A DNA stretch of 64,000 nt from a bacterium (GTDB lineage: Bacteria; Patescibacteriota; Minisyncoccia; Phycocordibacterales; UBA9973): the NCBI GenBank assembly GCA_037143195.1, contig JBAWZD010000002.1:140620-204619 (forward strand), in the 5' to 3' direction. Position numbers and translations under genes: made by a program. Below are positions 27,547-37,097 of the stretch, piece after piece. Every line of letters starts with the position of its first letter. Position 1 is the first letter of the stretch. A model generated the notes under the pieces. The model had not been told where the DNA came from. It was given only the letters and a program-made list of their open reading frames with translations, and ran no database searches.

Positions 27547-28449
27547 TTATACAGGTTTATCTTTATTTTTTCTGTCACGAAGTACAGTTTCAAGGAGCGC
27601 AAGTCGCTTTGTCAGCATATCTCGCAATTCGTCTACTCGTTCCTGCTGAGTTTTTCCGGTCAAAAAAGAAAAGCGCCTATTATTTAAATCTAGCTTTGCT
27701 TTTTTAATTACAGCATTAAAAAAATCTTGCGTATTCCCGCTCTCAGGATCTTCCACTCGTCTGTCCTGTATTGTCTGCAATAAAGAATTGGTTTTTATTG
27801 AAAGCTGCTCCTCGGTTCTTTCGTCAGCTGGTCGATCATAATTGTATTTATGCTGATGAATAAGAACTACTCGTCTTTGTACCGGATCAATAAAGCCCGG
27901 ATGATCTAATAAAAAAATAATTTTATCTTTAAATTTGTTAGTTCTCTCTCTTTTTGAAAAAGTGAAATTGGTATATTTTTCTAAACCATCTTTTTTAAAA
28001 TTTCTAAAAGCTTCGCCATAATCAAAATGAGCGAATGTATCTTTGTCGGCAGATATATTATTCTGCTTCGGAGAACTATCTATATCCCAACCATCAAGAG
28101 TATGATCCCAATCACCGAAGAGGTATTTTAAAATAAATATTTCAGCCTCTGCTTCTCTTTCTTTTGATTTTTCGGAATTTCCTTTGAAATTATCTCGAGA
28201 ATAATATTTTCCGTCTTTTTCGATTATATCTGAACTATGAAGGTTTCCTTTTACGATCATTGAAACAAAACGCTCTACCTCGATGTTCTGTCTCCGCTTA
28301 CTTTCTGGTCGAATTTCTTTTTCATAATATGTATGTCCATCTTCATCTTGAAAGATTCCTAACTCATTTGTTGGGTTAAGTTTAATGTTGGCTTCCACTG
28401 GCGAGCTTTTCATTACATCTATTTTGTTTGGGTTAAAACCTTCGTTCAT
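27547..28449 (-). CDS. Hypothetical protein with HipA/PI3K-PI4K-like kinase motifs
   Basis: YYEK, LFGDWDH...NN, HFDYGEAF. Confidence 0.55.
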   Translation of the reverse strand: MNEGFNPNKIDVMKSSPVEANIKLNPTNELGIFQDEDGHTYYEKEIRPESKRRQNIEVERFVSMIVKGNLHSSDIIEKDGKYYSRDNFKGNSEKSKEREAEAEIFILKYLFGDWDHTLDGWDIDSSPKQNNISADKDTFAHFDYGEAFRNFKKDGLEKYTNFTFSKRERTNKFKDKIIFLLDHPGFIDPVQRRVVLIHQHKYNYDRPADERTEEQLSIKTNSLLQTIQDRRVEDPESGNTQDFFNAVIKKAKLDLNNRRFSFLTGKTQQERVDELRDMLTKRLALLETVLRDRKNKDKPV

Positions 28450-28455
28450 AAGTAC

Positions 28456-29358
28456 TTAATTTGAAATGCTTGGGTCTAATTGTTCTAATTCATAAAAAGA
28501 AGAATATCCAAGTTCTTTAATATTTTTTTCTAAAAAAGAAAAGTCGCCTGTGAAATATGGTTTTCCAAAGTTATCTATAAAAACCGTATCCTCGAACTTT
28601 TTTTGATCCCAATGACTGCCCGAGATAAGGTTTTTATATGTTGAGCAAGATCCAACTATTTCAGAAACAAGCTTAGACAACTGCTCACGTTCTCGCTGGT
28701 AAGATGCTGATTGAATACGCTCAAGTTCGTCAGGTTTCAGATTTAAATAGACGTCTCTCCACTTCTCGTTCGTAATGCAGGTATCCTGAACAAGACCCTG
28801 AGCCAGTCGTTCTGTAATCGCTTCATCTAACCACAAGAGATTAGTTTTTTCATGATGGCTCGATCCATGAATAGCAAAACCTTTTCTTCCAGCATTTAGT
28901 ATTTCTTTTGAGGCAAGCTCGTGCATTAGCTCGTGAGATACTATTTTTAGCAGTTGCGCTTTAGTAAAAGCAGGACCCTTTTCAGTATCTGTCGGATTTA
29001 TAAGAATTCGTATTCTATCAAGACCATGAATACCAATACCCTGTTCATAACCCCTAACAATCTGTTCCGATTGATCGTACTCGGGATGGTCGTCCTCGAG
29101 GCGATACCGCATATTACTCAGATATTCCAAAACTTGCTCTCTGTCTAATATTAGGATTTTTTCATTTGCTTTTGCTATGGAATCCGCAAGATCAGCCTCT
29201 CGGAGTATTAGAGATGCTTCGCTTCTGCCATACCTGATTCCTTCCGTGATATCGTTCAGAAGACCTCCCATGCTTGGCAAGCGTTCAAGGTAACTTCTAT
29301 CGAGAAGCATTTTATCTATACCCGTATTGATTTCTTGATTGAGCTTGTATTGTTCCAT
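28456..29358 (-). CDS. Putative zinc metallopeptidase (gluzincin-type)
   Basis: HELMH followed by WLDEAITE; start uncertain. Confidence 0.65.
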   Translation of the reverse strand: MEQYKLNQEINTGIDKMLLDRSYLERLPSMGGLLNDITEGIRYGRSEASLILREADLADSIAKANEKILILDREQVLEYLSNMRYRLEDDHPEYDQSEQIVRGYEQGIGIHGLDRIRILINPTDTEKGPAFTKAQLLKIVSHELMHELASKEILNAGRKGFAIHGSSHHEKTNLLWLDEAITERLAQGLVQDTCITNEKWRDVYLNLKPDELERIQSASYQREREQLSKLVSEIVGSCSTYKNLISGSHWDQKKFEDTVFIDNFGKPYFTGDFSFLEKNIKELGYSSFYELEQLDPSISN

Positions 29359-29502
29359 TTTGGTTGCTCGGCAAACTCTCACTTCTGATTTAGTCTCTTC
29401 CTGTAAGTTATTTTAACTTACATATCAAAAATTAGGTAATCGGGTATCCGGGTCGCCCCACCGCCCTAAGCTAGCGGGTCTGTCGATAACAGATATTTAC
29501 TG

Positions 29503-29589
29503 CGGAGACGGCGAGATTCGAACTCGCGAGGGCGATTAAACCCTGCATCTTTAGCAAAGATGTACCTTAGACCGCTCAGACACGTCTCC
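29503..29589 (-). tRNA. tRNA-Ser (anticodon GCT)
   Basis: Acceptor GGAGACG/CGTCTCC, anticodon arm CATCT-TTGCTAA-AGATG, long variable arm. Confidence 0.95.
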
Positions 29590-29748
29590 ATTTCGGCGTT
29601 CCAACTTTAGCATATCGGGCTTATTTTTTCTACTTTATAGTGGAGAGACATTGACATACAATTATAATTCATGATATAATTTTAATTAAGAAAATCTCCT
29701 CAGGTACTCGCAGTAAGTTTATTTGAACGCCTCTAACCCTTTTGTTTT

Positions 29749-31542
29749 ATGAAAACAGCACATCGTAGTTTTGCCAGAGCGCCGTTCATCTGTGTTTTTT
29801 TGTTCTTCTTTTATTTCCTGAATCCTATAATGACTCACGCTACCGTGACGCCGTCACTCGGACTCGCGTCCACGTTCGGCGTGCTTTCTGATACGTTTAC
29901 TTCGACTGGAGCATCGAGCACTATCTCAGGCGACGTTGGATATACGACGACTTCTGGTGCATACATTGTGAATAGTGGTACCGATTACGGATCAAGTGCT
30001 CCGTATGCTCAGGCGGGACTTGATCAAGCAACGGCACTGTCGTTACTCAACGCACAAACGTGTACGTTTACATTTTTTGCCGGTGCAGTTGATCTTGCGA
30101 CTGATACGACTCATGGATTGATTGGCGTATATACGCCGGGTGTTTACTGCATTACCGGAGCTGTGTCTGTCGGAACAGGGGGTATCGCACTAAGTGGTGT
30201 TGGGACATATATTTTTCGTAGTAGCGGAGCGCTGACGACCGTTGATAATTCGGTTGTGCATTCTTCAGGCGTATCATCATGTGATGTTTTTTGGACTCCG
30301 AACGGAGCAACGACACTCGGTGCGAATACAACATTTGTTGGAACAGTAATTCCTGTTTCTCAAGATATTACGATCGGAACACTCACGTCGTGGTTCGGAC
30401 AAGCGCTCACATTTGGTCACACGGTGACTATAGATACGAGCAGTATTCATAGTACGTGTAGCGTAGGAACTGATCCTGTGCCAACGGGAATTCTTTCTGT
30501 TGTGAAGCAAGTCGTGAATACTGGTGGAGGCACCGCTCTCGCTTCAGATTTTCAGATGCATGTGAAAAGCGCTGGAAGTGATGTTGTTGGAAGTCCTGAT
30601 GCCGGCATGATTGCTCCTGGGCGCGCATATACTTTGATTGCGCCTGCGACATACACAGTAAGCGAAGATGCAAATGTGTTGTATACACAAAGTTTTTCTG
30701 GCGACTGTGACTCAAGTGGGGTAGTGTCACTGGTGTCGAGCGGTACTCCAACGTGTACTGTCATGAATACGTACATCATTCCAATTGTTCCGCCGACGCC
30801 TGTTTTTCGAAATGTCGGTCACCCACCATTTCCTGTTGTGGTGATTCCGCCGGTCATTGTCCCTCTCACTCTTATTCCAGAAGTCATAGTGCCCGTCACT
30901 CAAATTCTGCCTGTTGATCAAACGACAATCGTCGCTCCGGCCTCAGGTGCTATTACACCAACTCAGGTCCCACTGTTTCCAAACACAGGAATTTCGCCAG
31001 ATGAATCAGTGACCATTCTTGGAAACGACATTATCTCTTTTTTACAAGAATGGATTGTGGTGCGACCTGAGGTGCGCTCAGTGTCGAATGAACCAAATCA
31101 TATGCTGATACCTCTGATTCATTTAGACGTTTCACTTGAATCAATCGGACTTACGAAGAGCGGCGCGCTTGATGTACCAAAAGATTTTAATAACGCTGGT
31201 TGGTTTAACCTCGGTCCTCGTCCGGGAGAACAGGGGAATGCAGTCATCGATGGACATTACGGGTGGAAGAACGGAGTACCTGCTGTTTTTAATTTGATTC
31301 ATACACTTCACACCGGCGACGTTATTTTTGTGAATGATACAAAAGGGAAGACCGTTTCTTTTTCTGTCCGTGAAATCCGAACATATGATTCAGTAATGGA
31401 TGCGCACAGTGTATTTGTCGCATCGGACACGAGTGCTCATCTCGTCATCATTACCTGTAGTGGCGTTTGGGTTCCGTCACTCTCCACGTACTCAAACCGA
31501 CTTGTGATTTTTGCCGACCGTACAATTGCGTCTCCATACTAG
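29749..31542 (+). CDS. Ice-binding (DUF3494-like) domain protein fused to a class F sortase
   Basis: FGVL..T..ISGDVG, YTPGVYC, YIFRSSGALTT, VFW...TLGANTTFVG; FPNTG; then GWF..GPRPGEQGNAVIDGH, LVIITC, NRLVIFA. Confidence 0.85.
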   Translation: MKTAHRSFARAPFICVFLFFFYFLNPIMTHATVTPSLGLASTFGVLSDTFTSTGASSTISGDVGYTTTSGAYIVNSGTDYGSSAPYAQAGLDQATALSLLNAQTCTFTFFAGAVDLATDTTHGLIGVYTPGVYCITGAVSVGTGGIALSGVGTYIFRSSGALTTVDNSVVHSSGVSSCDVFWTPNGATTLGANTTFVGTVIPVSQDITIGTLTSWFGQALTFGHTVTIDTSSIHSTCSVGTDPVPTGILSVVKQVVNTGGGTALASDFQMHVKSAGSDVVGSPDAGMIAPGRAYTLIAPATYTVSEDANVLYTQSFSGDCDSSGVVSLVSSGTPTCTVMNTYIIPIVPPTPVFRNVGHPPFPVVVIPPVIVPLTLIPEVIVPVTQILPVDQTTIVAPASGAITPTQVPLFPNTGISPDESVTILGNDIISFLQEWIVVRPEVRSVSNEPNHMLIPLIHLDVSLESIGLTKSGALDVPKDFNNAGWFNLGPRPGEQGNAVIDGHYGWKNGVPAVFNLIHTLHTGDVIFVNDTKGKTVSFSVREIRTYDSVMDAHSVFVASDTSAHLVIITCSGVWVPSLSTYSNRLVIFADRTIASPY

Positions 31543-31793
31543 AAAAATACGAGATGTGTGTTCTTTTTTGAGAACCGCACCAAAAGGTGAGCCCTGTGCG
31601 TAATCATAAGTGAAGGTCGAGATTACAAGCATTTATCTCTTATACATTCAGCAAAGGACAACATTCAATTCTTACATCGTGTACTGTCAGTACGATTCTG
31701 TGGGCATCCGCTCGGATGACGCCATTTTGACAGACACATATATTTGCTCGAAAGAGCACGCAACAACTCATACAAAAATTCATATACATACTG

Positions 31794-31827
31794 CAAAAAA
31801 TCCACCTTGTCGAAGGTGGATTTTTTG
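31794..31827. terminator. Intrinsic terminator
   Basis: caaaaaatccacctt-gtcg-aaggtggattttttg. Confidence 0.75.
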
Positions 31828-31847
31828 TTCGGGCATCTTAAAGGTGA

Positions 31848-34800
31848 TTACAGTGAATTGACGTATGCGCGAGTCGCTGCCCCCCATATTCCATTACCAG
31901 ATTTGAGTCCGTTTGGAGTGAGGATTTCCTTTGCGTGAGCATTTTGGAATCGCGTAAGTGCGTTTTTTGTTGCAGTTCCAAATAGGGTTGTTTCTTTTCC
32001 GGAGGAGCCTGCGCCTCGTTGTGCGATGGTAAATCCGTGGGTGTTGAGGAACACCTGAAGTTTTTTGACTTCAGGATCGTTTGATCCAAGTTTGAGATTT
32101 TTGCTGAAGAGGGAAGCTTGTGAGCCGATCAACACACTTCCGTTATTTTTTTGTACGAGTGGAGTATTTACTTGTGGGGCGACAGGAAGAACAACTTGTG
32201 TCGGTGCAGGTCTTGGCGTGATAAGGAGAGCTGGAGCTCCACCGCCACCGCTCGAGCGAATAACGACCGGAACGAGTGTGAACGTCGCACTGAGATTCAA
32301 ATCGTCAGAGACTGCTGTATCGGTGCGAGGGTTTTGCGTTGAAGCATCAGACCAAGCTGTAAATGCATATCCTGAATCTGGTACTGCCGTCACCGCGCTA
32401 CCATCAGCGCCACTTGCGATTGTCTGCGTCGTCGTGCCGGTGAGCGAGCCGTGTGCACCTGCGGTGTAGGTGAGGGTATAATTCGTGATTGCGAAATTGG
32501 CACTGACGGTAATGTTTCCGTGCACGGCAAGATCGGTGCGGGGATTTTGAGTAGATGCATCGCTCCAATCGACGAAGTGATAGCCTGATGAGGGGACCGC
32601 CGTTACTGCCGATCCATTTGTCCCATCAGTAAGGGTTTGAGAAGTTGTTCCTGTGAGTGTGCCATGTGCACCTGCGGTGTAGGTGAGGGTATAATTCGTG
32701 ATTGCGAAATTGGCACTGACGGTAATATCACCGCTCACACTCAAATCGGTACGAGGATTTTGTGTTGAAGCATCGCTCCAATCGACGAAATGATATCCAG
32801 TACTAGGCACAGCGGTGACAGCACTTCCATCGCCACCATCGGCAACTGTTTGTGTCGCGGTCCCCGTGAGTGTTCCGTGAGCACCAGCAGTATAGGTGAG
32901 TGTACGTGACGGACATGCAGATGTTGTGAACTGTGCGTCATTGGTCACATTTGTCCCCGTGATATTTGTTGCCCATGCTTGGTAGTGATACGTCGTGCTA
33001 CAAGTGAGACCAACAAGATTTGTCGTGAACGAACCGGTACTATAGGGGCCAGCGCTTTCAGTCACTACGGTACCGTAATCTGTCGTAGGTCCCCAATTGA
33101 ATCCACGGTCCGATGCAGCGTCTGTGCCTGTGACATTGAGCGACGCGTTGAGCGTAGCCGTTGTGCGAGTGATTGCTGTTTCCGACAATGTCGTAACCGT
33201 CGGAAGGACGTGTCCGTAAAAAATTGTTCCACCGTTTGTTTCTGCGAATGTTGTTGTATTGTCGAATGTCGAACCACTTGCGTCGACAACATTACCCGCG
33301 CCATCAGCAACAACAGTCCATGGTTCGTTCTGGGTGAAATCACGTGTCGTTGATTCTGTCGCTTGGTAGATACGATATTTTGTTCCTGATACATCACCCG
33401 TCTGGAACTCGGGACCATCTTCATAGAAAGATGCATTTCCGATGATCGAGCCATTGTTCGTACTTGAGTCGTAGAATGAGACGTTTCCTGTGATGGCTCC
33501 AGTGTTGTTTGAGCCACTACGGAATGACGCGCCATTTGTTTCGGTGATTGGGATACCAACGTTGTATCCGAAGTCGGTAAATGAAAGGACTGAAGCAGGG
33601 GCTCCTGAGTTCGAAGTGATATCTGATCTAATTTCTACAGTATCGGTTGGTCCGGGAAGCGCATTGAGGTCGACGTTTCCGTTTGAGTCGCGTTTCCAGT
33701 TTGCGAGATTGTTCCAGTCGCCGTCACCTGCCCATCCAAAAAAGTATGCAGGGTAGTTGTGATAGGTGAGTGTTCCTGTTGGTGGAGTAACGGGGAGTCG
33801 AACAGGGAAGTATACGTCGGTATTTCCCGTATTTGTTGACCCAAGGTATGCGTGGTCGTGGAGTTCAACATTTCCTGTTACGGTTCTATTGAATTGAGCG
33901 TGGTCGTGAAGGATCACGTTTCCGGTGAGTGGCGCATTTCCAAAAGCGTTCCCTGTAAAGGTTGCGTTTCCTGTAAGTGATACATTGTCGTAAGTATCAT
34001 CTGAAAACAAGAATGTCGAGAGCGGTGTGCCGTCTCCACCTAAAAGTAATCCGCCGTATGTACCGAAAAATTGATTTGTGCCCGTTACCGCAAATATTCC
34101 TGCCGTTGGAATTGAACCACTATAGTAAGTTGTATCGAATGTTGTGTTTCCCGAGATAGAACCTGTGTTGTATGTTGTGTCATTAAATGTGGCGTTTCCG
34201 AGGATGGTCGCATCGTTTGAGGTTGTGCCGTAGAATGTTGCGTTACCATTAGCCGTACATGTCCCCGAAAATTGATTGGTACTCGAATAGGTAACATTTC
34301 CTAGAATCATACCGGAGAAACAATTTGAACTGTCAGAAAATACGGCGTCTCCTGTGATAGGGGAGCCAGAGAATTGGGCATAATTTGAGAATGTTACTGA
34401 ACCATCAGTATTTGCTTCATCACTCGCGTGGCCAGTAAAATTGAGATTTCCTGTTAGGTATCCTGAGTACATGAGTCTTGCGTTGTCATTGAAACTCATA
34501 GTACCAGTAATGTGACCGCCTTCCATTTTTGTTGCATCATTGAATGAGCCAGTTCCGAGTACTATCACATCGACGGCCGCCCATAGAGTTGTTCCTGTAA
34601 CCGTAAGGTTGTGAACTGTAATTGGAGTGCTCCCGTTATTTATATATACGTCTGCCGATACGACGACGTCATCACTTGATGTGGGCAGTTGTGTGGCCGG
34701 AACAGTAAAACTTGGATCTTTCCACCAGTTGCCAAGTGTATTCCAATCCCATGTTGCTGCAGCGTTGTTGTAGTAGAGTGTTGTGCCTATATGTCCGTTT

Positions 34801-34910
34801 GCGTTTACGGAAAGTGGAACAAAAATCATGCTTGAAATAATAAACAGACTAAAAAACGAAGTGAACCCAACGAACATGCGCACTTTGTGCGGAATCCTTT
34901 TTAATTGCAT
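31848..34910 (-). CDS. Large surface protein with beta-helix-like repeats, FN3, three InlB-B-like repeats and a C-terminal peptidoglycan-binding domain
   Basis: GNATF repeats; three 71-aa TLTYTAGAHG...GYHFVDWSD units; LKLGSNDPEVKKLQVFLN. Confidence 0.87.
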   Translation of the reverse strand: MQLKRIPHKVRMFVGFTSFFSLFIISSMIFVPLSVNANGHIGTTLYYNNAAATWDWNTLGNWWKDPSFTVPATQLPTSSDDVVVSADVYINNGSTPITVHNLTVTGTTLWAAVDVIVLGTGSFNDATKMEGGHITGTMSFNDNARLMYSGYLTGNLNFTGHASDEANTDGSVTFSNYAQFSGSPITGDAVFSDSSNCFSGMILGNVTYSSTNQFSGTCTANGNATFYGTTSNDATILGNATFNDTTYNTGSISGNTTFDTTYYSGSIPTAGIFAVTGTNQFFGTYGGLLLGGDGTPLSTFLFSDDTYDNVSLTGNATFTGNAFGNAPLTGNVILHDHAQFNRTVTGNVELHDHAYLGSTNTGNTDVYFPVRLPVTPPTGTLTYHNYPAYFFGWAGDGDWNNLANWKRDSNGNVDLNALPGPTDTVEIRSDITSNSGAPASVLSFTDFGYNVGIPITETNGASFRSGSNNTGAITGNVSFYDSSTNNGSIIGNASFYEDGPEFQTGDVSGTKYRIYQATESTTRDFTQNEPWTVVADGAGNVVDASGSTFDNTTTFAETNGGTIFYGHVLPTVTTLSETAITRTTATLNASLNVTGTDAASDRGFNWGPTTDYGTVVTESAGPYSTGSFTTNLVGLTCSTTYHYQAWATNITGTNVTNDAQFTTSACPSRTLTYTAGAHGTLTGTATQTVADGGDGSAVTAVPSTGYHFVDWSDASTQNPRTDLSVSGDITVSANFAITNYTLTYTAGAHGTLTGTTSQTLTDGTNGSAVTAVPSSGYHFVDWSDASTQNPRTDLAVHGNITVSANFAITNYTLTYTAGAHGSLTGTTTQTIASGADGSAVTAVPDSGYAFTAWSDASTQNPRTDTAVSDDLNLSATFTLVPVVIRSSGGGGAPALLITPRPAPTQVVLPVAPQVNTPLVQKNNGSVLIGSQASLFSKNLKLGSNDPEVKKLQVFLNTHGFTIAQRGAGSSGKETTLFGTATKNALTRFQNAHAKEILTPNGLKSGNGIWGAATRAYVNSL

Positions 34911-34950
34911 GTGCTCATTCTATCGTAATTTGTCTAGAGAACAAAACGCC

Positions 34951-35721
34951 TTATTCTTGAGGTGCTCGTTCGAGTGTCAATTTCCACGGCGCTTGTATTT
35001 CGTCGGGTGAAATCTGATCTACGGTTTTGATTGGTTTGTCGATTGTGATATCGACACCGACCCATCCATCCTCGAATAGGTGTGCGAGTTCATCATATGA
35101 ATCCTCGGTCACGAGAATTTCTTTCTTTTCAGTCGCGGTCGTTTCAGGTGATTCAGTTTTTACAGTTGTTTCCGATAGATTTTTTCGAAGAACGAGGTAG
35201 GGAGTCGAAATGCCGGCACCACTCTGATGTACGCTGTACATTTTGAAACCATTGTGTACTTTTGGAACTGACGAAATTGGATTGTCTAATTCAAGCTCTG
35301 AGTACAGATACTTGACTCCGTGGTCCTCGGCCCATTTGGTGCGTCGTTCGATGAGATCGAGCAGTATGTGTTTGTTGCGACTTTCTTCTTTGACCGCGAC
35401 GTACTCAAGGAGTGCACTTTTTTCTGAGTGAAGTTCTGTGTTTGGCTCGAGACGCTTTTTTTCTTCGTCACTGAGGATTGTCACTTTTCCTCCGGCAACG
35501 AGTGTTTGATCTTCGTAGACTCCAAGGACGACGGTCTCATCAGGATGGGTGACGATATAGTCTGGTCGGTATTCTTCTGGGGTGGTCGTTTCGTCCCACG
35601 TGACTCGAAGCATTGGGTTTGCCCAGTCGAAATAGTTTTGTATTTCAGGTGCATTTTTTAGCTCCAGTGTTTTAAATGGAGATGTTTCTTGTTGCTCGTG
35701 ATCGGAAATGGTTTCTTGCAT
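34951..35721 (-). CDS. GNAT-like hypothetical protein
   Basis: LEYVAVKEESRNKHI resembles acetyl-CoA motif A; ATG at 35721. Confidence 0.6.
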   Translation of the reverse strand: MQETISDHEQQETSPFKTLELKNAPEIQNYFDWANPMLRVTWDETTTPEEYRPDYIVTHPDETVVLGVYEDQTLVAGGKVTILSDEEKKRLEPNTELHSEKSALLEYVAVKEESRNKHILLDLIERRTKWAEDHGVKYLYSELELDNPISSVPKVHNGFKMYSVHQSGAGISTPYLVLRKNLSETTVKTESPETTATEKKEILVTEDSYDELAHLFEDGWVGVDITIDKPIKTVDQISPDEIQAPWKLTLERAPQE

Positions 35722-35725
35722 AGAG

Positions 35726-36946
35726 TTATTGTACTTTAAAATGGTCTTGCCATGTATCCCAAATTGGAATTGCGATATTGTTCGGTGTACCTTCGAGCGC
35801 GAAATAGTGCAAATCGATGAAGGGGAGCGAGTTTGCTTCGATGATACCCCATGTCTGTGTGTCGGGGTCTTCTGTTGGTCGCTCGATGATGAGATCAAAA
35901 CCAACGATAGGAGCTTGGATTGCTACGCCTGCTTTTGCAAAAATCTCGTGCATTTTTGGATGGACCTCATCGAGCATTTCGCGGGTGTATCCACCGTAGA
36001 GGCGACCTGTTTTGGCAGAGAGGTCGAGCGTGAGATCCTGTGGCGGAATACTTTCGAGCGTATATCCAAGTCGACTGATGAATGAAATCAAATCCTCATT
36101 GATTGCGATGTCACCGAGTTTTTCTTTTTTGAGTGGGTCACTATTTTTCTTCGCGTTTTTTTCTTCAATGAGTTCTTTGATGGTTTGTTTTCCATCCCCG
36201 GTGATTTGTGGTGGATCGGCGCGGAAGAATCCGACGAGCTTGCCTGCGACAACGGTTGCTCGATAGACAGATCCGTAGAGATGCTCTTCCATGACGAGTT
36301 CGGGGGCAATCATGCGGGCGAGCTTGTAGGCCGAGCGAAGCTCGGCCTCGGTGTGAATGTTTGTGGTCGTGTGTCTGCCACGAGAACCAGAGCGTGGCTT
36401 GATGATCACTGGTTTTTTAAAATCAGCAAATGCTCGGTGAATTTTAAACCAGCTCCATCCATGCATGACTTTTGGAGTTTTGATTCCCGCTTTTTCGAGA
36501 TGCGATCCAAGGGAAAATTTGTCGTCCATCCATTCGTAGCCATCTTGCGGAAGCCAGAAGGGAATAGGGATACTTTGAAAGTATATCCATGAGCTACCAA
36601 TTTTTGCGCGGTATTGTTCGAGATGCTTCCCAAACATGACGATTTGTTGCACGGGAATACCGCGACGGGTTGCTTCTTCCCAAATAAGTTTTGATCGTCC
36701 ACTGATTGCTTTTTCACTATCGGTATCAAAACGAGCAAGTCCGACGATTCGAAAACAACCGATAAGTCCTGCGGTGATTGTGTTTGCGATTGTTCCTTCT
36801 CGTGAAATACGTATCCAGCCGAACAGGAATTTCATCGTTTTTTCAATCGTACTTTCGAGTGCTGATCCGAAATAAAAAAGAGGATGATTGACGGGGCTTG
36901 TGCCACACGCGGCGCACGGAGTTTTTTTGGAGGTATGTGTTGTCAT
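35726..36946 (-). CDS. ATP-grasp ligase similar to the cyanophycin synthetase/GshAB ATP-grasp domain
   Basis: PVIIKPRSGSRG, GDGKQTIKELI, VGFDLI, IIEANSLP. Confidence 0.8.
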   Translation of the reverse strand: MTTHTSKKTPCAACGTSPVNHPLFYFGSALESTIEKTMKFLFGWIRISREGTIANTITAGLIGCFRIVGLARFDTDSEKAISGRSKLIWEEATRRGIPVQQIVMFGKHLEQYRAKIGSSWIYFQSIPIPFWLPQDGYEWMDDKFSLGSHLEKAGIKTPKVMHGWSWFKIHRAFADFKKPVIIKPRSGSRGRHTTTNIHTEAELRSAYKLARMIAPELVMEEHLYGSVYRATVVAGKLVGFFRADPPQITGDGKQTIKELIEEKNAKKNSDPLKKEKLGDIAINEDLISFISRLGYTLESIPPQDLTLDLSAKTGRLYGGYTREMLDEVHPKMHEIFAKAGVAIQAPIVGFDLIIERPTEDPDTQTWGIIEANSLPFIDLHYFALEGTPNNIAIPIWDTWQDHFKVQ

Positions 36947-37097
36947 AAAGTGAGTACGGAAAGGGGCGAGCTTACGCTCGCCCCTTTCCTCGCCGTATTA
37001 GTGTCCTCCGAGCATAGTAGTGTTCTAAGTAAACCACTAAAAAAATCGACTCAAATAGTATATCACATTTCAAAATAGGCTATAATTATATCCACAT

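Noticed and set aside
22101-29530. Two tRNA-Ser 3' ends as attL/attR
   Set aside because: Both genes are complete, differ throughout and have compensated stems, so they look like paralogs rather than a target duplication.
31545-31790. Intergenic stretch and the 83-aa ORF at 31610
   Set aside because: No motif or clear structure, and the ORF crosses a terminator.
35726-36946. Calling this gene cphA or gshAB
   Set aside because: Only the ATP-grasp part is present; the Mur-ligase or GshA domains are missing.
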